From Dipteris shenzhenensis (taxonomy: Eukaryota): a stretch of 64,000 bases of DNA. The position numbers and the translations under genes were made by a program. The notes under the pieces were generated by a model. That model saw only the letters and a program-made list of their open reading frames with translations. It was not told where the DNA came from and searched no databases. The DNA lies in NCBI GenBank assembly GCA_047967505.1, contig CM106538.1; one strand, written 5' to 3'. Position 1 is the stretch's first letter. Each line of letters opens with the position of its first letter. Positions 26,297 to 38,145 of this stretch are shown here, one piece after another.

Positions 26297-27955
26297 TGTT
26301 CTAGTGCCTAACCGTTTAAGTAAAACCAAAAACGAGTAAGTAGAAAGCAATTGTATGAGTACCCTAGAAAACCCAATAGCTACCCTTGGGCTGCCGCAAC
26401 TCACAACAAACAGGGTGGGGTTATCCCAGCAAAGGCTGTGACAGTTGGCAAGGTCTCCAGGGCTTGGATCTGGCCTGGCAGGAGGCGGATCTGGAGCAGC
26501 AAGCAGGCGGGCTAATCCCAGGTCAAAGGCACACTGATTGGCAAGGTTGAGCAGGTTTATAGCCAGCAAATGGCAGGGTATGCAATCTCCAAGGGCTGGG
26601 CCCTGCATGGAACAAGGGGGCTGCAAAAGGGGAATGCCCTGCCCTTAAATACAGCTGAGGCTGGCTGGGCGGCCAGCACACAGCCCACAAAGGGTCCCCA
26701 CAGCTCCATAAAAAGGGGCTGGCAGGTCGGTTGGTGGACAGACCAAGGAGTTCGGTTTTTGAGGCAGCAAGTCAGCCAGGAAGAAGGGCTGCCGGTCTGG
26801 CAGCCTTCAGGGGGCAGTTTGGAGCAGAGGAGCAGCACACTTGGGAGCACATGGCTAAGGGATCTAGGAGTGTCTCGGAGGTAGTAGGACAACATCTTTT
26901 GGTGAGGACAAAGGACCATGGTTTGGTGGTACTTTTGCCCTCTATTGTATTGTGTCCATTGGACAGAAATATTTTGTTGGTCCTGTGTCTTCTTCTGAGC
27001 ATTGTCTATTTGCTGTTCTGACCATCTATGTGAAGCACATTAAGTGAAGAAATTTGTGATTCCCTCCACACGACACACTATGTGAGCTCCCGGGCTATTC
27101 TATCAGTCTTCCGTTGTGTGTACCCATTGTTGGCTGATTTCTAACATGGTATCAAAGCCCAAATAGGAGGCCCACAAGTGTGGGAGCTTGAAGGCAGGGA
27201 CCTTGCTGAAGGACGACCTTGTTTCAGGGCTCTAGGGAATCGACTTCCACGACTGGAGGATTGTGCCCTTGTGAGAAGGAGGGTAACTCACGTTCAATCA
27301 GGTGTGTAAAGCATTCTTTTCTACAGATGGTGGTGTTTGCTTTCGAATTTGTTATGTAGTATAGCAGCAAAGATGGCGATTTCAGAAACATAAGCCTCTT
27401 CATTCATTGCTCTTCCCTCCTCCTCCTCTAGTCGAGTTCTTTCTTTAACCATCCCTAACTTGAAGAGTCCGGAAAACTAGATGGGACCAATTATTCTATC
27501 TCAAAGGTGAAAATCCAAAGTCATTTAGTGGCTCAGAATTTGTGGAAGCTGACAACAGAAACAAAGGCGAAGCCAGAGAACATGCTAGACAAACAAGGGA
27601 GGATACTTGTATCGGTAGATGAAGATGAACTCGAAGCGTGGGAGGATAGAGATGCCCAAGCATTGGCCTTGATCATAGGGACTATGGCGGACTCAGTGAT
27701 TCCTCATATCTAGATATCAGTAGAGGCGTGGGCCATTCTAAAGGATCTGTATGAGACAAATAATACATCCCAGATCTTGACTCTTCAGCATCTACTCTAC
27801 AACACGTATATGAATGAGAGAGATTCAATTCATGACCACTTGGCGAAAGTCAAGGTGGTAAGAGATCAACTAGCATTGGTTGGTCAGAAGCTAGACTCAA
27901 TCCATTAGCCTTGATGGTACTTGTGATATGCTACCATGGAGTTTCAAGAGCTTTG
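26297..27955 (+). mobile_element. LTR, PBS and degraded Copia-type gag
   Basis: TG..AACA block ending at 27146; PBS TGGTATCAAAGC at 27147; KLDGTNY..NLW..DAQALALI..AWAILKDLYE. LTR start is approximate. Confidence 0.7.
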
Positions 27956-27989
27956 TTTACGACGGTGACAACAAGACAGAGGACCAAGA

Positions 27990-29090
27990 GGATAGGCCCG
28001 TGGCATATTACAGCAGAAAGCTCAACGATGCCGAAAAGAACTATTCAATTTATGATAGAGAGCTACTCGGTGTCATCCAGGCATTAAAAAATTGGAAGCC
28101 TTTCCTCTACAGACGGACTTTCACGATCAAGACAGATCACCAAGCCCTTAATTGACTTCAGACAATGCCTAGTTCACAATGAAGTGATCTGTAGCAACGG
28201 TGGAGCCAAATATTCCAGTAGTTTGAGGAAATGATCGAGTACGTCCCCGGCAGAAACAACCCTATTGCCGATGCTCTCAATCAAAAAGGTTCAATCCAGA
28301 CCATTGAGAAGACCAGTATGCTCGAAATCAAGAAAAAGAATCTTGATGGTATGAAGGCACAGTACGCAAAGTCAACAAAGTTTGGCACCCAATTCCAATT
28401 AGCCACAACTCTTGCTCCAGGCCATTACTCATTAGAGGACGATTGACTTTTCTATAAGAAAAGATTATATATACTCAAAGACAAATGGTAGTTGCTTCTC
28501 CACGATGCCCATGATGCCCTCACCAGTGGTCATAGAGGTAACAATGGTACTTCAGAAATTAGAGCGCTATTTCTATTAGCCAAAGATGTGGAAGGACATA
28601 TACGGCTACGTTCAAAATTGTCAGAAGGCGGCTGGCTTACTGATGCCATTGCCAATCCCAAACGGTCTATTCCATGACATCAGCATCGACTTCTTGGGGC
28701 CACTTCCAACATCTGCAAGTACGCATAACACTCAATGTCTTACTATTGTTTGTCGCTTTAGTAAATATTGTATGCTTATTCCCTGCAAACGTAGCTCGTT
28801 TGTTCATAAAGTATTGGTACCCTATTGGGGGGTCACCAAGGACCATCACATCCGACAAGGACTCCAAATTCACGTCTAATTTTTGGCAAGCCTTGTTTGA
28901 TAATTTTGGTACTAAGCTATAGATGTCCAACGCTTTCCATCCGCAATCAAATGGAGGGATGGAAAAATATAATGGTATGGCATTTGATATTTTGAAATCA
29001 TATTATCATGATGCTCAAAGAAAGTGAAAGTAGTTTCTTCCGCTTATGCAGGCCATTTTGAACAATACCTATTCTTCGAGCATTGGTCGC
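27990..29090 (+). pseudogene. Ty3/Gypsy RNase H and integrase remnant
   Basis: RPVAYYSRKLNDAEKNYSIYDRELLGV..TDHQAL; GLLMPLPIP..ISIDF; ITSDKDSKFTSNFW; FHPQSNG. Confidence 0.85.
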
Positions 29091-30368
29091 ACACCGCGTT
29101 GGGAAGGCGGTTTACATCACTCCTTAGCCGAATGGTGTCTCCATCTCTTGAAGCCAATAAAACCACGGAATCTAGGGTAGAGAGGGAATGTCACATGCAC
29201 CCCTGCACTTGGGTGCAATGTGACACACTGGCTACATCAACAAGTGCGTAATAGTTCCCTAATAGGAGATTTTGTCGTATGTAGTGACCCCTTTGTGAGC
29301 CCTTGTCCAGGGACAATCAAGCACAAGCTACGTAAGTCAAGCTCTCAGCCTTAGGTCAAGTCAGACAGATCAGTCCTTGTTCACTGGTACCCACTAGCTG
29401 GTACCCACTAGAGAACAATAGGGTAGTGTTTCCATCTTAGGATTAGAGATAGGTCTAGGTCCAGCCTGGCCCCCTCAGGGCTGGAACAAGTGAAGGCAAT
29501 GGGCTGGGGAAGGGCTGCCTTTATAGGCTATCCTGCCACCTTGTATCGGGCCAAGGGCTGCATTTATGGGGCCAAGGGCCCAACCAACCAGCCCCAAACA
29601 GCCGACTGACAAGTCGGCCAGTTTGGACAGGTTGGCTCAGCCCTCCAGCCCTATAAATAGGAGGCCTCCAAGCCCTCGTTCCATTCAACTCTCCCAGCTT
29701 TCAGCCCTCCAATAGCTCTCTTCCAGCCTCTCGTGTGCAGCCCTGAACACCTCCAGAGTTGGCCCTGATCAGCCTCAGCTTTGGCCCTCAATTCAGCCTG
29801 TCCGGAAGGTGTATACGCAGCCACAGTTGAGGATTTGGACCAGAAAACGGAGTAAAGTTTGGGGTACTGTTTTAGCAGCTCTTTACAGTTCTATTTACAG
29901 TTTTGCACAGCTCACTTCTCAGCTCTTTATTTCAGTCATCTCTCAACTCTCTTTTTCATTCTCTCACTCACACCGTAACCCTGCATCCCGGTGGATAGCA
30001 CAAGCCTCTTCCTTGCCTTGCAGAAGTGCCCTACATTGTCAGTGTGGACAACATCAAGCTCTCGGTATTGGTCGGTGTTGCCTCTCAGGTCTTTGGGTCT
30101 GTAATACATGTGCACAGTGTACTCTTCAGAAGCACATTTCCGTGCTCTCTCAAAGAGTGTCATTTGTATCTTTCAATTCTCCAAGTACAAAGCAACTTCT
30201 CCCCTGATTGGGGGAGGGGCCCTAAGTGAGTACAGGGACCCAATCAGTTGTTGACTCCATTCTCTCTCTACCCTCATCTCCTCTCTCTCTCTATGGTGCA
30301 TAACGTTAATTCCTCGCTAAAGGTTTAAAGAAGGTCTTGTTGTGATTACATGATCGGATAACCGTTGC

Positions 30369-30838
30369 ATGTTACAGCGGGAGATGCTAGCACTTGCGAG
30401 AGCTAGCATCCACCAAGCTATGGATAGAGCTACGATGTATGTGGATCAAAATAGATCTTTTAGAGAATTTAAGGAAGGAGAAAAAGTTTTTCTCAGAGTT
30501 CCTTCACACTCCAAGTCTTTGACTGCAGGAGAGTGTGCTAAGTTATTACCCCAATATTGTGGGCCATGGTTAATTCTTAAAAGAATAGGAAAGGTGGCCT
30601 ATAAATTGGAATTACCACAAGGTTGTAATGTGTACCCAGTGTTTCATGTCTCTCGTTTAAAGAAGGTTTTGCACCAACATGACTCACTAATTGAGGGTGA
30701 TGTTTTGTTTCAGGAGATAGAGGATAATGCAAACAAGAATCTTGGAATGGTTAAGGTACTTGGGAATCCGTATACCATATGTCGAGAGTATTCCCAAATT
30801 CCATTATCAAGGAGGTTGATGCCTGAACAGGGAAGGAA
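30369..30838 (+). pseudogene. Ty3/Gypsy integrase C-terminal remnant followed by PPT
   Basis: KLLPQYCGPWLILKRIGKVAYKLELP..VFHVSRLKK; purine tract AGGGAAGGAA followed by TGTT at 30839 (probable LTR start). Confidence 0.8.
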
Positions 30839-32849
30839 TGTTATGCTCTAGTTGAGATAACAAGACCTCGGAAGGGTCGGTGGACACTTTCCTTTTAGGA
30901 GGACCGACTTTTGTATTATATTTTGTTGTGAGCTTAATGTAAATGATTAAAGGAATTAATGTCAAGGTCCTAAGTGAAGGCGAAATCGCGCGGACTAGAT
31001 GGTTCTGAGGTCAGGGGCCTAGGTGCACCAAAAGTTGTAATTGCCAAGGGGCAAATGGAATTAAAAATCTACTGCAAGAGAGGGGTAAATGGTGCATTTA
31101 AGTAACGCCCTACAATTGTGACATGTGGCATGTAGAACCATCTAGGGGATTGTAGGTTTTAGTGAAAGCATGCAAGAGGAAAAATGCACGTGATCTTTTG
31201 AGCTTGTTTTGCCAGAGGCTAGGTCGGTAGTTTAAAAGCATGCCATCGCCCATGATTCTATATCTCAGACTGCCCGTGGTTGGTTCCTTGTGGTTCGATC
31301 ATTTCAGATACAAGGATGAAGACTTAGCTGAAGAAAAGCTGCCCACCTAGGCTGACTACCCAGGCAGCAAGTCACTACTTAGAGAGTCTACATAAGCTCA
31401 GAGGAGCACGCAGGATCAAAGATCTAGAAGTGCCAGGCAGATAGTAGGACGACTTTGGTAAGATCAGAGGACCACGTTTTGGTGGGACTCCACATCTCTT
31501 TTGTATTTGGGTGGACGGAAATATATCATTGTGGCTTCTATATTTGTCTTGGATGCATTGCACTCACATCGATGATTGTGAAGTACACACAAAAAAAGAA
31601 GTTTGATTCCGTAATGAAACACTTCCACATGTAACTCCTAGGGAAGCTCTATCAGTCTTCCGCTGTGGGATACCCTCTGGTGGGAGGCGGATTGTACAGT
31701 GGGTACAGCAGCACCTAAGAAGAAGATGAACAGCAGGTGGCTGGAGCAGGATCTCTGGAGCAAATGGGTCAGCAGTTTGCTGGCACTTGTAGGGCCTGGA
31801 GATTGCAGGTGGGCTGGGGCAAGAGGAACTTGTAAACAGGGCCTTAAATAGACCTTGAACAGGTCGGATGATCAAAGAAGGGCAGACTCAGTCAGCCCAG
31901 CCTGCGGTTGGCTGACACAATAGTCTGCAGCAGGTCTCCAGGTTTGAGGGCTGTACGACCTATAAATAGGCCCCATGAGGGGGCAATCATTAATTCCAGG
32001 ACACCACACATTAGGCTGCATTCCAGGGCAGCAAAGAGGTCAGGAATCAGTGCATGTTGGAGCAGACATTTCGCAGATCCAGAGCAGACCTAGGTGCAAA
32101 CCTACATCCAGTAGGAGAGCATAAGGAGCTGCAGAGGAAGCGTCTGTCAACAAAGAACAACAGAGCAGAACATTTACAGGAGTGCTCAGCCTTAAGCAGC
32201 TACTGAATCCTATGACAGAGACATGTGGCAGGGTGCAGCAAAACAGAGCCTTGTTTTGAAACCTTACCTCAAGGATTGTTTCTGGCAAGTTTTTGTACTT
32301 GAGGTTTGTCTGTCTATCTATTTTGTCTTGGATTCTTTTAGATCTCCTTACATTTACATACAGTGAGTTGTGTTCCGCATAAGTATCTTGTGATCTTGGG
32401 GTGAATCTTCGGCTGCATAGGAGTGTTGGCCTCAAGCAAGCAACCTCTCTCTCAAGTTTTCTAACAGATACACCCTCCAGTAAGGCCACGCAACTGCAAG
32501 CATAGATGTAACCCCGTGAGGACCGCCTAACAAAACCCCGTTTAGCTTCTTAGGCAAGAAAACCACCTCATCAAGACAGCCTTTTGTACCGCATTCTATA
32601 GCCAGAGCGACAAGCCCATAGCTACTAGACAAGGCCAAAACAGATGCTGAGTTCAAGGGGAAGGTGGTTCACATACACCCACTTGACCAGTCTCTATCAC
32701 CTGCAACCATTTGTGCAATACTTTGCATAAGAGGAACCTAACACTACCAAAGCCATAGCATTTCAGATTTCACTACTCCTATTCCACCACCATCTGCACC
32801 TCCTCATGCCTTATTTACTTGACCACTAGAAAGCCTGATATTATTTTAT

Positions 32850-33298
32850 ATAGTGAGTCAATCTATGCATGAACCCAAGGAGTCGCACTGGAAAGCAGCC
32901 AAGACAGTACTGAGGTATCTGAAGGATACCATGGGCTTGTATATGCAAAAGATGAAGACATAAATCTTCAGATGCAGACTGGGCAGGTTGCACTTGGTTG
33001 GAGCAGTAAGAAGCAACAGACACTTGCATTAGCATGGCAGTATGTGAGGCCATATATTTGAGGCGAGAGACTGGTAGTGCAGCTGTGTTCCACCACATCA
33101 GAAGCTGTATATGTTTGGCAAAAAATTATGTGTTTCATGCAAGGACAAAGCACGTGGAGATGCAGTTTCATTTCATCAAGGAAAAGCTTGCATCACGGGA
33201 GATAGATCTCATATTTTCCACCACAAATGAGCAGGTTCCTGATATTTTCACAAAGCCTTAGGTGGCAGGAAGTTTCAAAGTGAGCATTAAGGGAGACT
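32850..33298 (+). pseudogene. Copia RT/RNase H 3' remnant
   Basis: HWKAAKTVLRYLK; SDADWAG; FHARTKHVEMQFHFIKE..DIFTKP; PPT AAGGGAGAC. Confidence 0.8.
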
Positions 33299-34007
33299 AT
33301 TACAGGTTAATGCTCAAATTAATGTACTCATTGATGCCATTTCTGGACCAACTAGTAGTCGTTTTAAAATCTGACATCAATTAAAGCTAAGCTACGGCAT
33401 TTCAATGAGCCAGTAAAAATGTTGGCCTTCCACAAGAAACCCTAGAATTGTGACTACATGCGTAGTATCTTCTTCATGTGAGTACCTCTCACACATGTTT
33501 TGTATGCTGTCCCTCTCCGATTGTGAGAGTTCAATCAATACAAAGCCAACTGCTTTCTCATTCTTGCTTGCTCCTGCTGACTCAACTCCCTCTTAAGGTG
33601 GGTCAAGAGCAGGAGCAAGGCCAATATCCTCTCTGTAGATGATGCACATGGACAAGTTTGGCAGAGCTGAACACTAAAATTATGGAATTTTACAAGAGAT
33701 TCAAAATGAATGCATCCTAACTAGGACATCAACCAGTCTCAGTCTGCCTCAAAGTGCTTGCAGACCTTGGGAGCACAAGCAGAGTGGAAACCTTTTCAAA
33801 CATAGTTCCAGCTGTTCCAAGCACTCGTTAATGCCACTAATAGAACAACGCAAGACGCTTTCACCTTAGAATCTCATCACATTAGCAAGAAGAATAAAAC
33901 CAACCCAATGAAGACAAAAGAATTCAAACTAAGTCCAAGAGTAACCAGTCATTCAAGATACTGTTTTTCCTCATACCTTTCCAAGCCAGAAATGAAAGCA
34001 CATGTAC

Positions 34008-34220
34008 CTTTTTAAAATAAAGCGGAGCCTGCTTTGCCACTTGACGAGGCAGAGGGATACATTCCACCAAACAATGGCGACGCTGCTTTGCTAAATGAAT
34101 GGCAGTTTCCAGAAAAACAACATCCTTGTCTTGCTCTGCAAACATCCTTAGCAGGCACTTCTTGTAATTACGCAACTCTTCCCAGACATTTTCATCCAAG
34201 TTTCGAGAAGCTCCTTCATG
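34008..34220 (-). CDS. CWF19L2: CwfJ-family protein, penultimate exon (71 codons)
   Basis: HEGASRNLDENVWEELRNYKKCL..VFLET..RHCLVECIPLP..APLYFKK; acceptor CCCTTACAG and donor AAG|GTACAT; joins the last exon in phase 0. Confidence 0.93.
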
Positions 34221-36239
34221 CTGTAAGGGAACATATAATACAGTTAGCAATTCTGATTCACACACTGCCCACTATCTGTTACAACATACCCACCTGAAGG
34301 AAAATTTGAAGCAATGAGTGATTAGATAAGAGAATCACCATATACACAATGACATCAAAAGAACACCACTCCTGGACAAACACAACTTCTATGTGAAAAT
34401 AAAACTTCCAACTGTGACTCGGAAGACCCTTTAAGGGGCAAAGTTAAAACAGAAACATGGTACAAAAATCCAACAAAAACCCTATCAAGCAATTTAAGCG
34501 TACAATGTCATCTATAGTGCCTCCTGCTAACTGCAGTTCAGGACATTATATTCTCATGTAATTGCTCAATAGCAACCAGAATGGGAATCTCTTGCAATTA
34601 CTGAATAGCGATCAGAATGTGATTAGGGATGATTAAGATACCAGCTGATGGGTTGTAGAGCATTGGTGTTGCTTATCTGGAATTAGAACTACAACAGTCT
34701 CACAAACCCGTGCTACATTCAGCCTTATCATGAGGCTAGTGAGGGATTTGTTAGGAAAATGGTCATTATAACCAGGGCCATACCACTCAAGCCAAATGGA
34801 GGCGCCTGATTGTTTTTTCAATGAAGTGCATCTCAATAATGGCAAGCTGGCAATAGGTCAAGTGCAATTGTCAGGTGTTTTCCAATATACAGAGAGAAGT
34901 GCAATAAGTTGAGTGCAATTGTCATGTGTTTTCCAATATACAGAGAGAAGCTCCAGAAAAAATTTTGCCAAGCATCTCTCGATTTGCAGAAGCTCTTCAA
35001 GTTAGGATGCCCATTTTATAAATCTGTTCCAAGATGAAATGGGATTAAAAAAAGGAAAAATACTGAATTTAAGTGACAGTAACTCACCTTCAACTAAGCC
35101 TTGTGCTTTCATAGCCAAGGTAGGTCTAGTAAGCATACCGTATGGAATTTTCTGTACAGTACAGTATGGTACGCATACCAAAAGTAATAGTGCTTTTTCT
35201 TTCTTTTTTTGGTTAGCGGGAGAGACGAGGGGAGGGGCAGGGTTGTTTGAAAAAGCAAATTTTTGAGAAGGGGTGTGGTTCAAATGTGTCCCCTTCCTTG
35301 TAACTATAAAATGTACCTAAAAATCCCTTTGCCGCTTTAAATCAATTGGCACTTGTTTGTGTACAGTTGCCACCTCTTCCCTTCTCATCCTACCTCAAGG
35401 CTGGTTTCTACCCCTTCCTACAGCCGACAAAGTCCTCTTTCATATTTGATGTGACAAGGCTGCCCCTTGGCTCCCTTTTTGTTTCTCTTCTTTGCAACGG
35501 CCTGAGACATTTCATGATTAAGAACGTTCCGGGAACTCCCGATGCCAGAACAAAAAAGTTTGGGGATGGGGGAACATAAAAGAGCAAACGGGAATGCCAC
35601 ATAATATGACACATCATCAATCACATGCAACTATACAAGGGGGCTGGGGGTGGGCTGAGCTGTGAGGGCTGAGAGAGTAGGAGAAACTGTAGTGAGGGCT
35701 GAGAGGGTAGCATAGGCTGGAACCAGAGCTGAGAGGCAATAAAAGCACAGAAATGGGCGCAAACGCACAGTTTTGGCCTGCTTTGCCAGTCTGTGCCACG
35801 CCAAATCTCGGAATGCCAATGACTGCATGGAAATGCGCTCCGGGAGTGGGGGATCGTGTTCCCTCGGTGTTCCCCAACCTGCTTGGCATTCCAAGAATGT
35901 TCAAACTGTTCAGACTTCACCATCCATGCCATGGTGCACACAACCTCGTAGACTGTAGAGAATAGACTCTTAAGTCGCGAATCGTTACTTAAGTATGTTC
36001 TGCAATGTTGATCTAGTAATAAGGTTCGATTAAATCTCTTTGTGTATTATTTAGTTCCATGTATGATGTATGTAAATCAATAGTCAACTATGGTAGAATC
36101 TACTTGATTGTTGGTGGTGATTAATTAGTACATTCAATGGCAGCTATTAAAATAACTCCTCCTCATACGCTACATCTTATTGTGTCAAAGCATGTTTTTT
36201 ACTTATAAAAGCTACAGGTTATAAAGTGCCCTATGGAGT

Positions 36240-37080
36240 CTACATACTGTATGTCCCTGCCAAGCATCTGAAAACCAACAGGCTGACTCACATACACTTC
36301 TTCCCAAAAGTCCCCATTAAGTAAGGCTGTTTTTATATCCAACGGCATGTAGGCCATTCTATGGGCTATCCATAGGTGCCACTCATTCCTTGGTGTGTGC
36401 CTTGTAGGCCTAGTTACAGTTAGTTGGGTCACTTGGTATAGTTAGTCAAGCTTAAAAGCTACAATTTGCTCAGCATGCGTCCCAGTCACAAGCATGTCAT
36501 CCACATAGAGTACTAAAATCAGCAAATCTATCCCACTCTTGAGAATGTAAAGAGTAGCCTCAGTAGGGCCGTTTTGAAAGCCAGGTGTAAGCAAATGAGC
36601 ATGTATCCTAGAATACCAAGCCCGGGGTGCCTACTTTAATCCATAGAGGGCTTTCTTTAAGCGGGATACCTTACTTTCAGAACCTTCAACCTCAAAGGGG
36701 CTGAGTATCATGCTGCACATGTGGCTGCAAATGACCAACAGATGTAGGAGGAGCAGCCTCAAATGTAACATCACAATGAGCATATGACGGAAACAAAGGC
36801 ATCAAGCTGTCAAAGAGATCTGGCGCATCAACAACGGGCTGTTTTTGACAGTCCAGCAAAGGCATAGAGGAGGATTCATCAAATACAACATCCATATTGA
36901 CAAAACACTTGCCCGTGCGGGGGGCTGGTAGAGATTATAGCCCTTGCTCTCTGAGCTATACCCAATAAAATTGCATTTGACAGCTTTATCATCTAACTTT
37001 GTGCATGTCTAAGAAGGCACATGTGCATATGCCAAGCATCCAAAAGTCCTCATGTGAGAAATCTAGGGCTTACGACTTGC
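36240..37080 (-). pseudogene. Scrambled Copia integrase/RT remnant
   Basis: KLDDKAVKCNFIGYSSESKGY; ALYGLK..PRAWY; LDIKTALLNGD..VYVSQPVGF. Confidence 0.75.
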
Positions 37081-37265
37081 ATCTGTCATACGCATCAAGT
37101 CTATATAGCCCTCTAGTCAATGTCCCAGTCAACACCATGGTAAAGGCATGTGTATCATCATAGACCGCACACCGAACACCATCAAAGAAAACCTGATAGC
37201 CATAAGTAGTAAGGCACATTGTCTAGAGTAACTAGACCTGAAACCAGCCTCAACAACGTACGTCA

Positions 37266-38145
37266 TAAAGGGTGGTAGGATCCACTTAATTAAAGGGTGG
37301 TAGGATCCACTTAATTACAACATATACAGTAATTTGACAAATAATTATGCACCACATATCAAATCACAAGGGAGCTAGAGTGCTCCTACTCAGAAACAAG
37401 GACACCGATTGGCCCCAATGGCGCCCCTTGCAGTATTTATTTAACATTCATTTGAAGCCAAGCGGCTGATTACAAACGTCTCTGGGAAGCTGCACCACAG
37501 GCAAACCAACACCCACAGGCTCCCTGTCCAGAAAGGTCTCTGGGAAGCTACACCACAGGCAAACCAACACCCGTCGCCCGCGGACTCCCTGTCCAGCCCA
37601 CCCTGTAATTCCCTGCTCAACTCCAAACGGTGAAATGGCATCCAATTACTAGACAACCCTCTGTCCTCACCCAACCAAAGCATGCAACATAGACCCCAAA
37701 AACATCCACTGTCTGTGCCACACCTACAATTCCACAACAAAGGGCCCAACCAGCCAAACACGGCTGAACAACAGCAAGACAAAGCCCTCAACAGCCAAAC
37801 TCTGGTGCAATCAATCAACAAAGCACTCCCAAACAAGTTGCCTCAATCTATAGCCTCTCTGACCACTGCCCAACAGCAAGAATCAACCTTTCTTTGCGAG
37901 GAAAGAAACCCAAACGCAATAACTAGCCAGCAACCATCAGGGAACGGCAAAAGCAAGCCTTCTTCTACCCCCAATATCCACAGAAGATAGGTTACCGGGA
38001 CTGAAAAATCCTAGATCCTGCAAAGAAAAGCTGATTCTGCTCTAGCATAGCCCCAAAAGCAGCTTAGAAGAGAACACCCACGCTTGGAAAGTTACCAAAA
38101 TCAGCAGCAACACCCAGAAAACTTTAGAAATCAGGTCGAAATCTC
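37266..38145 (-). repeat. Non-coding dispersed repeat, copy B
   Basis: Reverse complement of copy A; the terminal 24-mer TAAAGGGTGGTAGGATCCACTTAA is duplicated. Confidence 0.8.

Larger units (their letters stand above)
20462..34007 (-). other. 13,546-bp GT-AG intron of CWF19L2 filled with TE remnants
   Basis: Bounded by two in-phase exons that are consecutive in the protein. Confidence 0.85.

Noticed and set aside
29280-30350. Solo LTR with defined ends
   Set aside because: It looks LTR-like (TG start, TATA box), but I found no matching TSD or certain 3' end.
34221-34330. Possible additional CWF19L2 exon at CCTTCAG|GTGGGT (~34294)
   Set aside because: Its translation does not resemble the expected upstream CwfJ sequence; at most a cryptic splice site.
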